Position numbers and translations under genes: made by a program. Positions 29,385 to 39,407 of a stretch of DNA of 64,000 bases are shown here, piece by piece (position 1 is the stretch's first letter; the number at the start of each line of letters is the position of its first letter). The notes below the pieces were generated by a model. The model had not been told where the DNA came from. It searched no databases and saw nothing but the letters and a program-made list of their open reading frames with translations. The stretch is from Bacteroidales bacterium (lineage in GTDB: Bacteria > Bacteroidota > Bacteroidia > Bacteroidales > UBA12481), in assembly GCA_041658425.1 (NCBI GenBank), contig JBBAAF010000003.1:14267-78266 (forward strand), in the 5' to 3' direction.

Positions 29385-32180
29385 TTATTTCAGGATATAA
29401 TACTGATAGCCTTTTGCCGGGATAGTTACCGTTAAGATAATTTCATAATCCCGATTGATGGAATATGTTTTTGCCTGTCCCTCCTGTTGGGCAACCTGTA
29501 CTTTATCGCTTAGTCCGGTATAATAAACCGGGATTTTTAATTCACGGGTAATCGGTTCTTCGAGTGGATTGTAGAGCATCAACAATCCATTTTCAGTTCC
29601 CGATGGGTTTACGTGGAGAAGCCCGTCCCAATCCCTTCCGTCCGCTCTGCGCAGGTGAATAATATCAGAATCAAGTATTTGCCGGTGTTTTTTGTAGAAA
29701 CTGACCCATTTTTTTACAACTGCTTTTGTTGAATCCGTGTCGTAAAGTCTGGGTCCGCGGTAACATGCCTGCACTCCGGCGCCGAATAAATTTGCCAAAC
29801 GCTGGCCATAATGCTCCAGATGCTCATTCAGCGGCTCGATCGTAGCAGCTGCGCCACCTCCCTGATATTCCGTCAGCGGAACAAACATCCATCCCATGCT
29901 GGGCGTTTTGGTCCAGGTGCCGTCATAAATGTTTTGCCTTTCGATGATCTCCTGCTGAGCCCGTGGCAGCGACCAGTTCACTTCACGGTAGCCCATTGCA
30001 CACTTGGATGAACCATTCAGGTAATACCAGTCCGGAACATTCAGGTAAATCCTCTCCGAACGGCACCACTGATAAAATTCGGCTATCGTACGGAACTGGC
30101 TCCATTGTGAATCTTCCAGTCCTTTATGGCCGGGATGTACGGTTGAACCGCAAATATCGCCGGGATAGGAGCCATCATGTTCAATGATATCGAGACCGGT
30201 GGCTTCATACATCTCTTTGATCTTCCGGAAATAATTGATACCCCATTCGCTTCCCAGGCATGGAGAGTTTCCATAGTAGGCTATACCTCCGGGCTTTCCG
30301 GTTGCAGGATTTATAATATCGTCTTTAGTACCAACCGAGCGGCTGGCCAACAAAGAATATCCTCCTAAGGCAATCCCTTTACTATGCGCATAATCAGCCA
30401 GTTCCTTTATTTTCCGGTAATATGCTGTATCTCCGCTTTCCATCGTAAATCCGCTGCCAAAAGTCATGATCACCATCTCGAAACCTACTTCGGCACATTG
30501 ATCGACTGCAAGTTTAACTGCATCCGGGTTGGCACTGCGAACATGCATGAGCACCGGGTTTTCGGTTACCCAGGGAGCTATCGTCCGGTACATCTTCCGG
30601 GCAGTCAGCCCTTTTCGTTCCTTGTCAGATGAATCGAAATACAATTCCCATGCGCGAAAGGTTTCAAAATCCTGTCCGGGCTTAATCTCCCATTCCGGTC
30701 CGATAGGCGGACGGACCTCCAATAAACAAGGGGTTTTCAGTGCGTAGTTTACCTGCGAGGTGTAAGTCGAATCGGTCATCCAGTGAACGGCAGCATTGTT
30801 TGCTTTCCGGTTACTCATCGACGAGAAGGCATAATCGGTCTCCACATGCATATTCGGCAATTGCCAGTCTGTTTCGCCTTCCACACTCGATTCACCCTCA
30901 ACGGCAGCCAGAATTTCACTGACGAAACGGTTAAGTACAAAGCTCTTTCCGGAATGATTATGAACCGTGATCCATTTGCTGATCAAGGGTAACCCGTCAT
31001 ATATTTCATAATGAACCTTCACCACAAGTCCTTTCACCATGGAAGGCTCAGCCTGGTTAAGTTTAGGCTTGCCCAAGAAGGAAAAATATTTAATATGGCA
31101 GCGTTCGATATTTCCGGGATTTCGGGAATCAGAATTATTCCCGCCACGATCCATTTTACCGATTCTCACTGATAAAGGTACTTCAGCGCAATAGATTTTT
31201 GTCAGCTCGCTCCAGGTTTTCCCATCTTCGGATACTTCACAAAGAATATTATTGCTGAAAAATTTCATTCTCAAATGATAGGATTGACCATCTGTCAGCT
31301 TGCCAAATTCCTGTTCACGGTTGCCATCCCATATTCCAAAACAGCCTTTTCCGGGTTTCAGGTTGAATTTTATTATTTTATCACTGAAAACCAATGCCAC
31401 GCCCGGTCCCCAGGTGGAACTTTTATCGGTTCCGGGGCTAACAAAGCACTCCACTCCGGTTGCATCTTCCGGAAAAACACGTTCAGCATAAACTGAAGCA
31501 TTTTCATTGGCCATGATTTCTCCGGGTTTGCCTTCATTGATAAATGAGTTTCGCTCATTTGCCGGACTGGCATAAATTTTCCAGACAGGGTCCATCTTTA
31601 CGAAATTATCGGAATAGAGAATTTCCCGCGGTGCCTCCTTTACTTTAAATTCAGGTGCTTTAAACTCAACAATCAGTTCTTTACCGGAGGCCGGCCATTT
31701 GGGATCGCCGGAAATCCAATCCTTACGGATTTTCCAGTCGAAACGCGGTTTAAGATTTTCAACGGTGTACCTGACAAACTGAAACGATTCATCGTCATTC
31801 GTAAGCTTGTCGATCCATTGCTTGAGCAAATAGTTCTGGACAGGTTGCCCCGAAAGCCCTCCAATATTGAACTTCTGACCGTTAACGGTTATTTCTGCCT
31901 CCGGACGTACTGATCTTAGATAATTCTGTCCCGAAACGAGATTTTCAATGCCTGTGGTAGCAAAATTTGGGGTAATCCGAAAGCTTCGTACAATTAGACC
32001 GTTCGTTATCACCAAATCTTTCCCGTCTGATGACGGAACTATTTTAGAGATGTATTTCTCCCCGTTGATGAGCCAGTCATTTTGCTGACTGGTACTTTCT
32101 TTCTGACTAATGCATTCACTGGTAAATGCATTGATAATCAGAAGGAGAAACAAAACTGATAATTTATGATTCATTTTCAA
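29385..32180 (-). CDS. Uncharacterised ~930-990 aa family, copy B (internal ~215-aa jelly-roll-like insert)
   Basis: Signal peptide present. It shares long identical runs with copy C, for example GGGAAATIEPLNEHLEHY and RLANLFGAGVQACYRGPRLYDTDSTKAVVKKWV. Motifs EHDGSYPGDIC and HPGHKGLEDSQW are present. Confidence 0.85.
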   Translation of the reverse strand: MKMNHKLSVLFLLLIINAFTSECISQKESTSQQNDWLINGEKYISKIVPSSDGKDLVITNGLIVRSFRITPNFATTGIENLVSGQNYLRSVRPEAEITVNGQKFNIGGLSGQPVQNYLLKQWIDKLTNDDESFQFVRYTVENLKPRFDWKIRKDWISGDPKWPASGKELIVEFKAPEFKVKEAPREILYSDNFVKMDPVWKIYASPANERNSFINEGKPGEIMANENASVYAERVFPEDATGVECFVSPGTDKSSTWGPGVALVFSDKIIKFNLKPGKGCFGIWDGNREQEFGKLTDGQSYHLRMKFFSNNILCEVSEDGKTWSELTKIYCAEVPLSVRIGKMDRGGNNSDSRNPGNIERCHIKYFSFLGKPKLNQAEPSMVKGLVVKVHYEIYDGLPLISKWITVHNHSGKSFVLNRFVSEILAAVEGESSVEGETDWQLPNMHVETDYAFSSMSNRKANNAAVHWMTDSTYTSQVNYALKTPCLLEVRPPIGPEWEIKPGQDFETFRAWELYFDSSDKERKGLTARKMYRTIAPWVTENPVLMHVRSANPDAVKLAVDQCAEVGFEMVIMTFGSGFTMESGDTAYYRKIKELADYAHSKGIALGGYSLLASRSVGTKDDIINPATGKPGGIAYYGNSPCLGSEWGINYFRKIKEMYEATGLDIIEHDGSYPGDICGSTVHPGHKGLEDSQWSQFRTIAEFYQWCRSERIYLNVPDWYYLNGSSKCAMGYREVNWSLPRAQQEIIERQNIYDGTWTKTPSMGWMFVPLTEYQGGGAAATIEPLNEHLEHYGQRLANLFGAGVQACYRGPRLYDTDSTKAVVKKWVSFYKKHRQILDSDIIHLRRADGRDWDGLLHVNPSGTENGLLMLYNPLEEPITRELKIPVYYTGLSDKVQVAQQEGQAKTYSINRDYEIILTVTIPAKGYQYYILK

Positions 32181-32191
32181 AACGATTATGA

Positions 32192-34168
32192 TTAATGGAA
32201 TAAATGTGTACCCTTAACACTCTTTTTCAGCCACATCTCCCGGCCTTCGACCATATACTGCCAGACACCATCATCCCAGGTCGCCAGCCGCTGGCGTTCC
32301 AGGTCATTCGAAGCCATATCACGGGCTTTCTCCATCAGTGATCGAAGTTCCGTCATAACATCCTCCGTTCCAAGGTATTTCCAGGCCATCTCTTCAGTCT
32401 GATGAAACTGGTCATCCTGGGTTGCCACGGATTCCGGATACCGGGAGGTGTCCCAGAAAATGGTTTCGGTCCGATCGAAGAAGGCCTTCATCGGTAAAGC
32501 CGATGCGCCAAAGTATAGCTCGAAAAACTCGTCAATCAATGCATCTGAATTCAATGTTGGATCATCGTACATTTTCAAGGTGAGATAGTAATCGAGTTGT
32601 TCGCCGATACCGCAAAGAAAAACGCCCCGGACACTGTCGGCATAATACATCCGTATTATTTCAGAAAGATGGCGTGCACTGGATCCGGGGAAGCAGTGCC
32701 AACCCTGCATGTTGGCAGCTTCCGTAGGGAAGCAGTAATAATTCCACAGGTAAATGGGGCGATCGTGTGGCTCGACCCACTGCTTATACCATACCATCTC
32801 CGCCTGACGGATGCGCGGTGCCCAGTAGTTCCGGGGCTGAAGACAGGGAGCCACTGAAACGTTAGGTTCAAGTTTAAAACCTTCAGGCGGCCATGCATAA
32901 ACATGGTAGGCCAGTGTAGCAATGCGTTTTGTGGGATGGGTTTTTGCTACCTCCTTAGCAACTGCATTCACAAAACCGAAAAGGTAACGCGAGGCCGTTC
33001 CGGAGTTGAAGTGCCCGCCCACATGGTTGTCCTTATCTAAAGCAAGGGTTGCCTGACATTGGTCACACAAACACCAGGCGCTGTTGTCGTTTGGAACAAT
33101 AGCAAAGTAATCGCCCATTGCGATTTGATAACCCTTGATTCCCTTGCCGTCGAAATAGTCGCATGCATCTCTGGCCATCTGTTTAATCAGACCCTCATTG
33201 GAATAACAAAACTGCAGGTTTCCCGAGGTGCCACTTCGTCCTTTTGCGAAAAACTCAGGATGCTCGCCTTCCCATAGTTCAGGGGCCTCGGGGTTCTTTT
33301 TTAGAAATCGGTCGTAATAGGTGCGAATCGAATGATTGCCCCCCCATTTTTCCCCTCCTAACCGCAAGCGGCGCTGATAGAGATTGATTTGATCGGGGGT
33401 AGGGTCGTTCCATTGTTTTCCGAGAATCGGACCACCATTCCCGCCTGTTGCATCGCGATATTTGAACGCTGGAGAGCGTCGGATATCCTTCCCATCGACA
33501 ACTACCTCAGTCATTTTTCGGGTAATGGTGGTCAAGGGTGTTGGGCCGAAAAACCGTACGCCCAGGAAACGTTCAAGGAAGTCGTAAGCTGCGTATAAAG
33601 TTGACTGGTCGTCAAATGGACCGGGAAGCTCGAGGGCGGTTGATGCATCAGGTGAATCGCTGGCTGCCGCCAGGGCATAGTTGATTACCAGCCGGGTTTC
33701 GGCGAGGGAGGATTCCCAATTTGTACCGCGACCTGCCTCAGCGCGATTCTCAGGTGTATCGGACCAATCGCGGCCAATCAAAATAATCGTGTTGGGACGA
33801 AATGCGATAGCGTATTCCTGAGGTTGAAAATCATCAGCCCGGAAACCAAGCTTGCGGGTTGCGGAGCTTTCCCCGACAAGTATTCGTGACTGGCCTTTCG
33901 GGACCTTGATGGCATCATTCGAAATGGTGAGCCTTACACCGGTGATGCGCTCAACAAGGGTTTGTATTTCCAAAGCTGCCAGTTGGACCGAAGGGGTCGG
34001 CTTCTCCGCCGTCACAATAACGCCAGGTGCTTCATTTGAACGAACCAGCACGACAGGGATGGATGATTCTGTCGTCGAATGGGTCTGACTTCTGTTGCAA
34101 GAGACAACAAAAGTGATTATGATCAGCAGAATCAAACGCAACAGGTAATTTTTAAATATGTTCAGCAT
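32192..34168 (-). CDS. DUF4838 domain lipoprotein (GH20-like fold family)
   Basis: Lipobox FVVSC. Motifs HPEFFAKGRSG...LQFCYSNEG, WCLCDQCQA, IATLAYHVYAWPP and IYLWNYYCFP fit the DUF4838 pattern. The gene is GC-rich. Confidence 0.78.
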   Translation of the reverse strand: MLNIFKNYLLRLILLIIITFVVSCNRSQTHSTTESSIPVVLVRSNEAPGVIVTAEKPTPSVQLAALEIQTLVERITGVRLTISNDAIKVPKGQSRILVGESSATRKLGFRADDFQPQEYAIAFRPNTIILIGRDWSDTPENRAEAGRGTNWESSLAETRLVINYALAAASDSPDASTALELPGPFDDQSTLYAAYDFLERFLGVRFFGPTPLTTITRKMTEVVVDGKDIRRSPAFKYRDATGGNGGPILGKQWNDPTPDQINLYQRRLRLGGEKWGGNHSIRTYYDRFLKKNPEAPELWEGEHPEFFAKGRSGTSGNLQFCYSNEGLIKQMARDACDYFDGKGIKGYQIAMGDYFAIVPNDNSAWCLCDQCQATLALDKDNHVGGHFNSGTASRYLFGFVNAVAKEVAKTHPTKRIATLAYHVYAWPPEGFKLEPNVSVAPCLQPRNYWAPRIRQAEMVWYKQWVEPHDRPIYLWNYYCFPTEAANMQGWHCFPGSSARHLSEIIRMYYADSVRGVFLCGIGEQLDYYLTLKMYDDPTLNSDALIDEFFELYFGASALPMKAFFDRTETIFWDTSRYPESVATQDDQFHQTEEMAWKYLGTEDVMTELRSLMEKARDMASNDLERQRLATWDDGVWQYMVEGREMWLKKSVKGTHLFH

Positions 34169-34224
34169 AACAGTTTCCTTTTTACGCCCGCAAAGGAATG
34201 CGAGGTATTTAATTTAGTATTCAT

Positions 34225-35811
34225 TTAATTGGTCAACAGCTCATTCAGCCGTTGACCAGCTTCGGCTTCGGAAAGTACACCTTTTTCGGATAAAAGTCTG
34301 ACCGCCAGTTTCGATACTTCAGCAGGGTTCCTGATGTTACATGAGCACCAGTCGCGCAATTGAGTAACCTGTGAACTGTGGACATAACTCCAGCCGAATG
34401 GTTCCTCACCACTGCCATTGTTCACGTAACGATGAACCTTCCACCAATTTACCAGAGAGGTAATCCCGGCGGTCACACCCTCAGCAGCCTGTTTGTCGGA
34501 GACCGCGGGTTTTGAAATAGCATGGAGTAACCCGATACGGCTTTCGGTTTGTTGTGCCAGGATTTCAAGGTACCGCTCCGGCCCGCCAGGGATAAAAGTC
34601 GCCGGCTCAGCGGTCAGCTTGGCAATACGCAGGCGCCGGGGGAGGTCAGAGGGCAGCGCATCAAGACCGCGTTGAAAGCAATCCCATGCAGGTACCAGCA
34701 ATTCCGAAGGTCCTCCGAGAAAGACGGCAAAGTCCTTCAGGATTTGTTCGTCTGTTTTATTCAGATAAGAAAGATCGATTGATCCGCGGGAGAAAAAATA
34801 GATATTCGGCAAAACCATAATGGGTTGTTGGGCATTGCCGAAAACACCCTTGGCCGACCCGGCGTATTTTGATTCTTCCTTAAGTATGCGACGTATGTGG
34901 TCGAACTGCAGGAAGGCAGCCGGTGGAGTTGGTTCGAACTCGATAGCCTCGTAACAAAAAATCGTCGAACGATTCATCAGACCCAGCGAGTCGGCCAGTT
35001 CGATGTTGACACGACCGTTGGCCCAGTTGTCGCGATTCGATCTCCCGGGAAGCATTTCCCATGGTTCCGGCATTGCGGTTTTTAACAGCTCCATGGAAGC
35101 TTTCGTGTATGTCTCTATCAGGGATGGCGGATTGTTGGGGTTGCCGCCCCACACGCTTTTTATACCCCAGCTGCACCATATCCACGGAATGAGGCGCTGC
35201 CCCGATGGATTGGTTCCGTGGCGATCGAGCGCAGCGCGGTCGGACAAGAAAACTTTTAACCAGTCTTCGGGCTTGGCTCCCTCGTATCCCCCCGGATCAC
35301 CATCGATGGTTACGTAGGCATCTGCATTATTCAAAATGGCCATCATAGCGGTGCGATGTGCCAGGTAAGGCCCGGCTTGTGCAGGATCATCCAGACGCAC
35401 ATTCCTCCATACCGGGTAAGGATTTCGCTGCTGCCAGGGCTTCGCTGTAATCGACGGATCCGGTGTGAGGTTGGGGCACTGCATGATCCAACACTCCAGC
35501 GGAGTGGAATGCGCATCTTCGATCGTGAGGCGGAACTCTTTCAGCGCCAGTGAATCAACCTTGCTCAGCGGCATGGGAATAGCCTCCAGCATGGGCCAGA
35601 TACCTACCTGATCGTATCCCATCCTGCGAAGCAAGTGGAACATGTTGGAGAAATCCTCCCGCTGCCAGGTGCGAACCGAAAACGGGTAATTGAAGAACCA
35701 GCCTTCGTGCAGATAAAACCCGCGGTGCCTGAATGCGGGCTCTTCAGCACCAACAGATACGGATAGCAACACGAATAAGACAAAAAAAATCGTATGTTTC
35801 AAAAACTTCAT
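34225..35811 (-). CDS. Secreted hypothetical protein, family not recognised
   Basis: Signal peptide MKFLKHTIFFVLFVLLSVSVGA. 528-aa intact ORF beginning FRHRGFYLHEGWFFNYPF (barrel-like feel only). The gene is GC-rich. Confidence 0.7.
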   Translation of the reverse strand: MKFLKHTIFFVLFVLLSVSVGAEEPAFRHRGFYLHEGWFFNYPFSVRTWQREDFSNMFHLLRRMGYDQVGIWPMLEAIPMPLSKVDSLALKEFRLTIEDAHSTPLECWIMQCPNLTPDPSITAKPWQQRNPYPVWRNVRLDDPAQAGPYLAHRTAMMAILNNADAYVTIDGDPGGYEGAKPEDWLKVFLSDRAALDRHGTNPSGQRLIPWIWCSWGIKSVWGGNPNNPPSLIETYTKASMELLKTAMPEPWEMLPGRSNRDNWANGRVNIELADSLGLMNRSTIFCYEAIEFEPTPPAAFLQFDHIRRILKEESKYAGSAKGVFGNAQQPIMVLPNIYFFSRGSIDLSYLNKTDEQILKDFAVFLGGPSELLVPAWDCFQRGLDALPSDLPRRLRIAKLTAEPATFIPGGPERYLEILAQQTESRIGLLHAISKPAVSDKQAAEGVTAGITSLVNWWKVHRYVNNGSGEEPFGWSYVHSSQVTQLRDWCSCNIRNPAEVSKLAVRLLSEKGVLSEAEAGQRLNELLTN

Positions 35812-35832
35812 GTTTTGCCAATTCCTTACTAT

Positions 35833-38286
35833 TTACTTAGCTGCGGGGGCTTTCACCGGTTCACCGTTACCAATGGATTTCATCTCGATTTTAATATTTG
35901 ATGGACCTTCACCGTTGAATACCGCATCGAAAATGATTTTGTTGCTGCCTTTCACCAAATTGGGTAATTTTTCCTTCAGGTCAATGACTTTCAATACTTT
36001 CCAGTTTCTGTCATATACCTGTAGCTTTCCTGTTTCATCTAATTTCAGATTTTGGAACGATTCCAGATTAACCGGTATTTCTATCTTGTTGTGGTTATTC
36101 ACTTCAAGAGAAATTGTTTCCACTGTTGATACACTGGCTTTATCAACCGGAAGCAGGGTCAGTATGAACCTCATCGGCTGATCATTATAGGGATTTTCGA
36201 ATTCGAAGGAACTGAAAACAGGTTCTCCGGGTTGCCTGACTTTTTGCTCATGAACAAAGCGTTTAACCTGATAAGGATAAAGGGTCCATTCTCCCGTTCC
36301 TGCTGATTCGAGGTGATATTCGTTGCTGATATCTTCCATCCTCAGTTTTTGTTCAGGGGTAAAGGCTCCTGCCATTCTTGCTGTTTCCCAGGTATTCATG
36401 GCTTTAAAAATGGCTTCGCTTTGTCCGTTTCTTTCTACATTTCTGTAGCTCAGATTGAAAGCAAAGCCCGCATCAAAGCCGGCAGCCCGTGCAAGCAGCC
36501 ATTCGGTATCTTCAACGCTGGTTTCGCCCGACATGCTAAACCACCCTAACATGGATGGTAAAAAATTGCGACGGTAAAAATCCTGGTTCATCAGCCGGTA
36601 GTTGGTCTGGCTTTCGCGAAATCCGGCATACCAGGGTTCACCCCAGTTATAGCGGGTATTGATGTGCCAGTTGAAATGCGATGGATTACTGGCATCGTTG
36701 ATTACCTTTCCCTGCAGTTCGGGTTTCAGATTATCGTACCACGTTTTGGTAAACAAACTCCTGGCATACTGTCCCATACCGGTCGACCATACTCCCTCTA
36801 ATCCGTCGAATGAGACTTGCATGAGTCCTGTTTCATTGAAAAGCCTGGCGATATTTTTAGCAATTTCCTCGGACAAGCTGGCATCGCTTAAAAAAACCTT
36901 ATAACCATGATCCATTAACTTCCCGATGACATCGCCCTTTTGATGAGCCGAGGTTTTCGTGTTAAATGCACCGCGAATGCACCCCGTTAGTTTCCAGGGC
37001 TCGCTCGCTGATACTTCTTTGTAGCGAATAATCTCATCACCGATTACTACGGAACTGAGCGTATTGTTTTTCATTTGATTGAAAAATTGGGGGGAGCTTA
37101 TGGAAACCTCATCCGATTTTTCATCAATGTCGGCGGTAATAGTACCTTCTCCCACTTTTGCCAACCGTTTATCCGGCACGGGCGTTACATAAGCATCGTT
37201 GGTGGTGATAAAGTTCGTCAGGGTGTGAGCACCCAGTTTTATGCCCTGTTCATTGGCCCTGTCGACATATTTTTTCATACTGGTCCAATTCTCCGGATAC
37301 GACCTTTCATTTAAAACAAAGTGTCCCCAGGTTGTAAACGGACCACCATCGTACAGATATTTCAATCCGGCTTTTTTAGTCAGTTCCAGTGCCTGGTCGA
37401 GGTTATCTTCATTGAACCCGATGATAAGATAGGAGGCTGTTGCCGAACGGGCTGTTTTTGCCCATTCACCATCAATTGTAGGATGGGGAAGTCCTTCCTC
37501 AAGTTCAATCTGTCCGATAATTTCCAGGACCTTTTCGGCAGGGCAACCAAAAAGTGCAATTTTTGAGCCGATAACCCCCCCGTCATTAAAAGCAGGAGCA
37601 ACGTAGAATTCATGAGCCCAATTGGCAATAATACGCTCCTTGTTCCTGTTTCTGCAATAGGCCTGGAGAACGCTGCCAAAATCCTGAACCCTGGCGGTTT
37701 GCCCCCGGTATGCTTTCTTATTTTTCCACTCGGCACCTACATCGACAATACTACCCGATGAAAAAATATCATAAGAGGGCTCAATATCGTTCTCTTCGCT
37801 GGGATAACCTCCCATGGTTTTTACAGTAAGCGACTGAATACCGATGGCAAACTCTTTGTTTCGAACCACTCCGACACATTCACCGATTGTTTCGTGTATG
37901 GTTGTAGGGTAGGGGCCCCAAATCACCAGTTCAATGATTTCCGGCTTGGATATTCCGGTGAGTTCAAAGGAGATGTATCCGGATTTAGTGATGGCTTTTA
38001 CCTGTACCTCCACTTTATTGGCGGTAAAAGAAAGTGTCAGAATGTTATTCTTCTGTTTGAGCAGGGAGGGGTGTTCAATGACGTTGTTCACACGAATACT
38101 TATTAGCGGAGCAATCTGAGCTCCGGAAAGATATTCCGTATTCTTCAGCTTGTCGAAAATGCTGACGATGTTACCGTTTTCATCAATATCCAATTTGAAA
38201 TCAGCCGTTTCATACGTAATATTTCTGGCATAAAGATTCAGTATCATAATAAAGCCAGTAATAAAAAGCAGTGTAAATTTTTTCAT
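35833..38286 (-). CDS. Secreted hypothetical protein, family not recognised
   Basis: Signal peptide MKKFTLLFITGFIMILNLYA. 817-aa intact ORF, tightly packed with its neighbours. Confidence 0.7.
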   Translation of the reverse strand: MKKFTLLFITGFIMILNLYARNITYETADFKLDIDENGNIVSIFDKLKNTEYLSGAQIAPLISIRVNNVIEHPSLLKQKNNILTLSFTANKVEVQVKAITKSGYISFELTGISKPEIIELVIWGPYPTTIHETIGECVGVVRNKEFAIGIQSLTVKTMGGYPSEENDIEPSYDIFSSGSIVDVGAEWKNKKAYRGQTARVQDFGSVLQAYCRNRNKERIIANWAHEFYVAPAFNDGGVIGSKIALFGCPAEKVLEIIGQIELEEGLPHPTIDGEWAKTARSATASYLIIGFNEDNLDQALELTKKAGLKYLYDGGPFTTWGHFVLNERSYPENWTSMKKYVDRANEQGIKLGAHTLTNFITTNDAYVTPVPDKRLAKVGEGTITADIDEKSDEVSISSPQFFNQMKNNTLSSVVIGDEIIRYKEVSASEPWKLTGCIRGAFNTKTSAHQKGDVIGKLMDHGYKVFLSDASLSEEIAKNIARLFNETGLMQVSFDGLEGVWSTGMGQYARSLFTKTWYDNLKPELQGKVINDASNPSHFNWHINTRYNWGEPWYAGFRESQTNYRLMNQDFYRRNFLPSMLGWFSMSGETSVEDTEWLLARAAGFDAGFAFNLSYRNVERNGQSEAIFKAMNTWETARMAGAFTPEQKLRMEDISNEYHLESAGTGEWTLYPYQVKRFVHEQKVRQPGEPVFSSFEFENPYNDQPMRFILTLLPVDKASVSTVETISLEVNNHNKIEIPVNLESFQNLKLDETGKLQVYDRNWKVLKVIDLKEKLPNLVKGSNKIIFDAVFNGEGPSNIKIEMKSIGNGEPVKAPAAK

Positions 38287-38308
38287 TTCTTTATTTTTTT
38301 CAGGTCAA

Positions 38309-39388
38309 TCAGTACAATCTTCCGTGAGTAATCAATCCTCTTTTCTCAAGTTCCTGGTGAATGATTAATCCGTTGCGGATATCATAATCTGCTTCAAGGT
38401 GATATGCGATTTGCAGCGGACCACCCTGGTTTTCCGACAAGGTCTTGTCGAGCCAGCTGATTGCCTCTGATTGCGGGACTCCATCAAGTAATACATCAAT
38501 CGGAGGAAACACATTAATCTCAAAATCTTTGCCCATAGATTCACGAATCTTCAGAATGGATGTTCCTGAACCGGTATCAATGATTTTCAGATTGTGAATG
38601 ACAGAAGCGGGTTCGATCAGATGGTTCGAGATACCGCAGGAATGGAGGCGAACAGCACCTAATCTGTCCCCCAGCTGACTGATATAGGGAACCACAAACT
38701 CTTCATACAATTCTGAGGAGATCATAGTCCCGGCACACTCTCCAACGTGCACCGACGTAACAGGCAGGTTCCCTAAAGCTGCAAAATGCTGTATCAGTAT
38801 CACATAGGCATCAACGATCCATTGATGGATGGCGTGGGCAAGATCCGGATCTGACATCATGATCATCATGATGTTGTCGCCGGTTAATTTCAGCGAAGTC
38901 GTAATCACTCCATGAATCGTGGCACGACCTGATTCATCCCAGAAAAATGGCGGGATAATCCGCAATTCGGGATGGCTTTCCCGGATCTCCTGCATCTGCT
39001 TTTCCATCTCTTTGATCAGAGAATGTTCCAGTATTGCATCCAACGAAGGCAACTCCTGAATATTGGATATGTGCTCCAATGGCTTACCCAATACATCCGA
39101 GTCTGTATCTTCGAAAAAGGAAAACCGGGCTCCCAACAGGGCAGCCAGGATCATATTCGGTTGAATAGCACCGACAAGAACTTGATTTTCTTTTACATAA
39201 TCCGCCTGAACAAGATTGGCTTCCATGTTGTAAATGGCAAATTCGGGGAACTGTTCCCTGACAAAGCGGTTTATTTTTTTATCCTGTTCCCACCGGAATG
39301 TCGGATCAAGGTAATATTGGTCGGGAAAAACAAAACCCCCATGCTTGTTTAGCCATCCTTTGGAAACGCTGGCCTGAATTTTTATCAT
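38309..39388 (-). CDS. Cytoplasmic uroporphyrinogen-decarboxylase (URO-D/MtaA)-superfamily-like protein
   Basis: I place the start at ATG 39386-39388 (MIKIQASV...). The longer listed ORF would overlap the GH109 gene by 116 nt. No signal peptide. The layout resembles URO-D/MtaA: GECAGTMISSELYEEFVVPY, then VRLHSCG (H-x-C-G), then a C-terminal ...GGPLQIAYHLEADYD segment. Confidence 0.5.
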   Translation of the reverse strand: MIKIQASVSKGWLNKHGGFVFPDQYYLDPTFRWEQDKKINRFVREQFPEFAIYNMEANLVQADYVKENQVLVGAIQPNMILAALLGARFSFFEDTDSDVLGKPLEHISNIQELPSLDAILEHSLIKEMEKQMQEIRESHPELRIIPPFFWDESGRATIHGVITTSLKLTGDNIMMIMMSDPDLAHAIHQWIVDAYVILIQHFAALGNLPVTSVHVGECAGTMISSELYEEFVVPYISQLGDRLGAVRLHSCGISNHLIEPASVIHNLKIIDTGSGTSILKIRESMGKDFEINVFPPIDVLLDGVPQSEAISWLDKTLSENQGGPLQIAYHLEADYDIRNGLIIHQELEKRGLITHGRLY

Positions 39389-39407
39389 AACTATAATTTT
39401 GTTTGGA

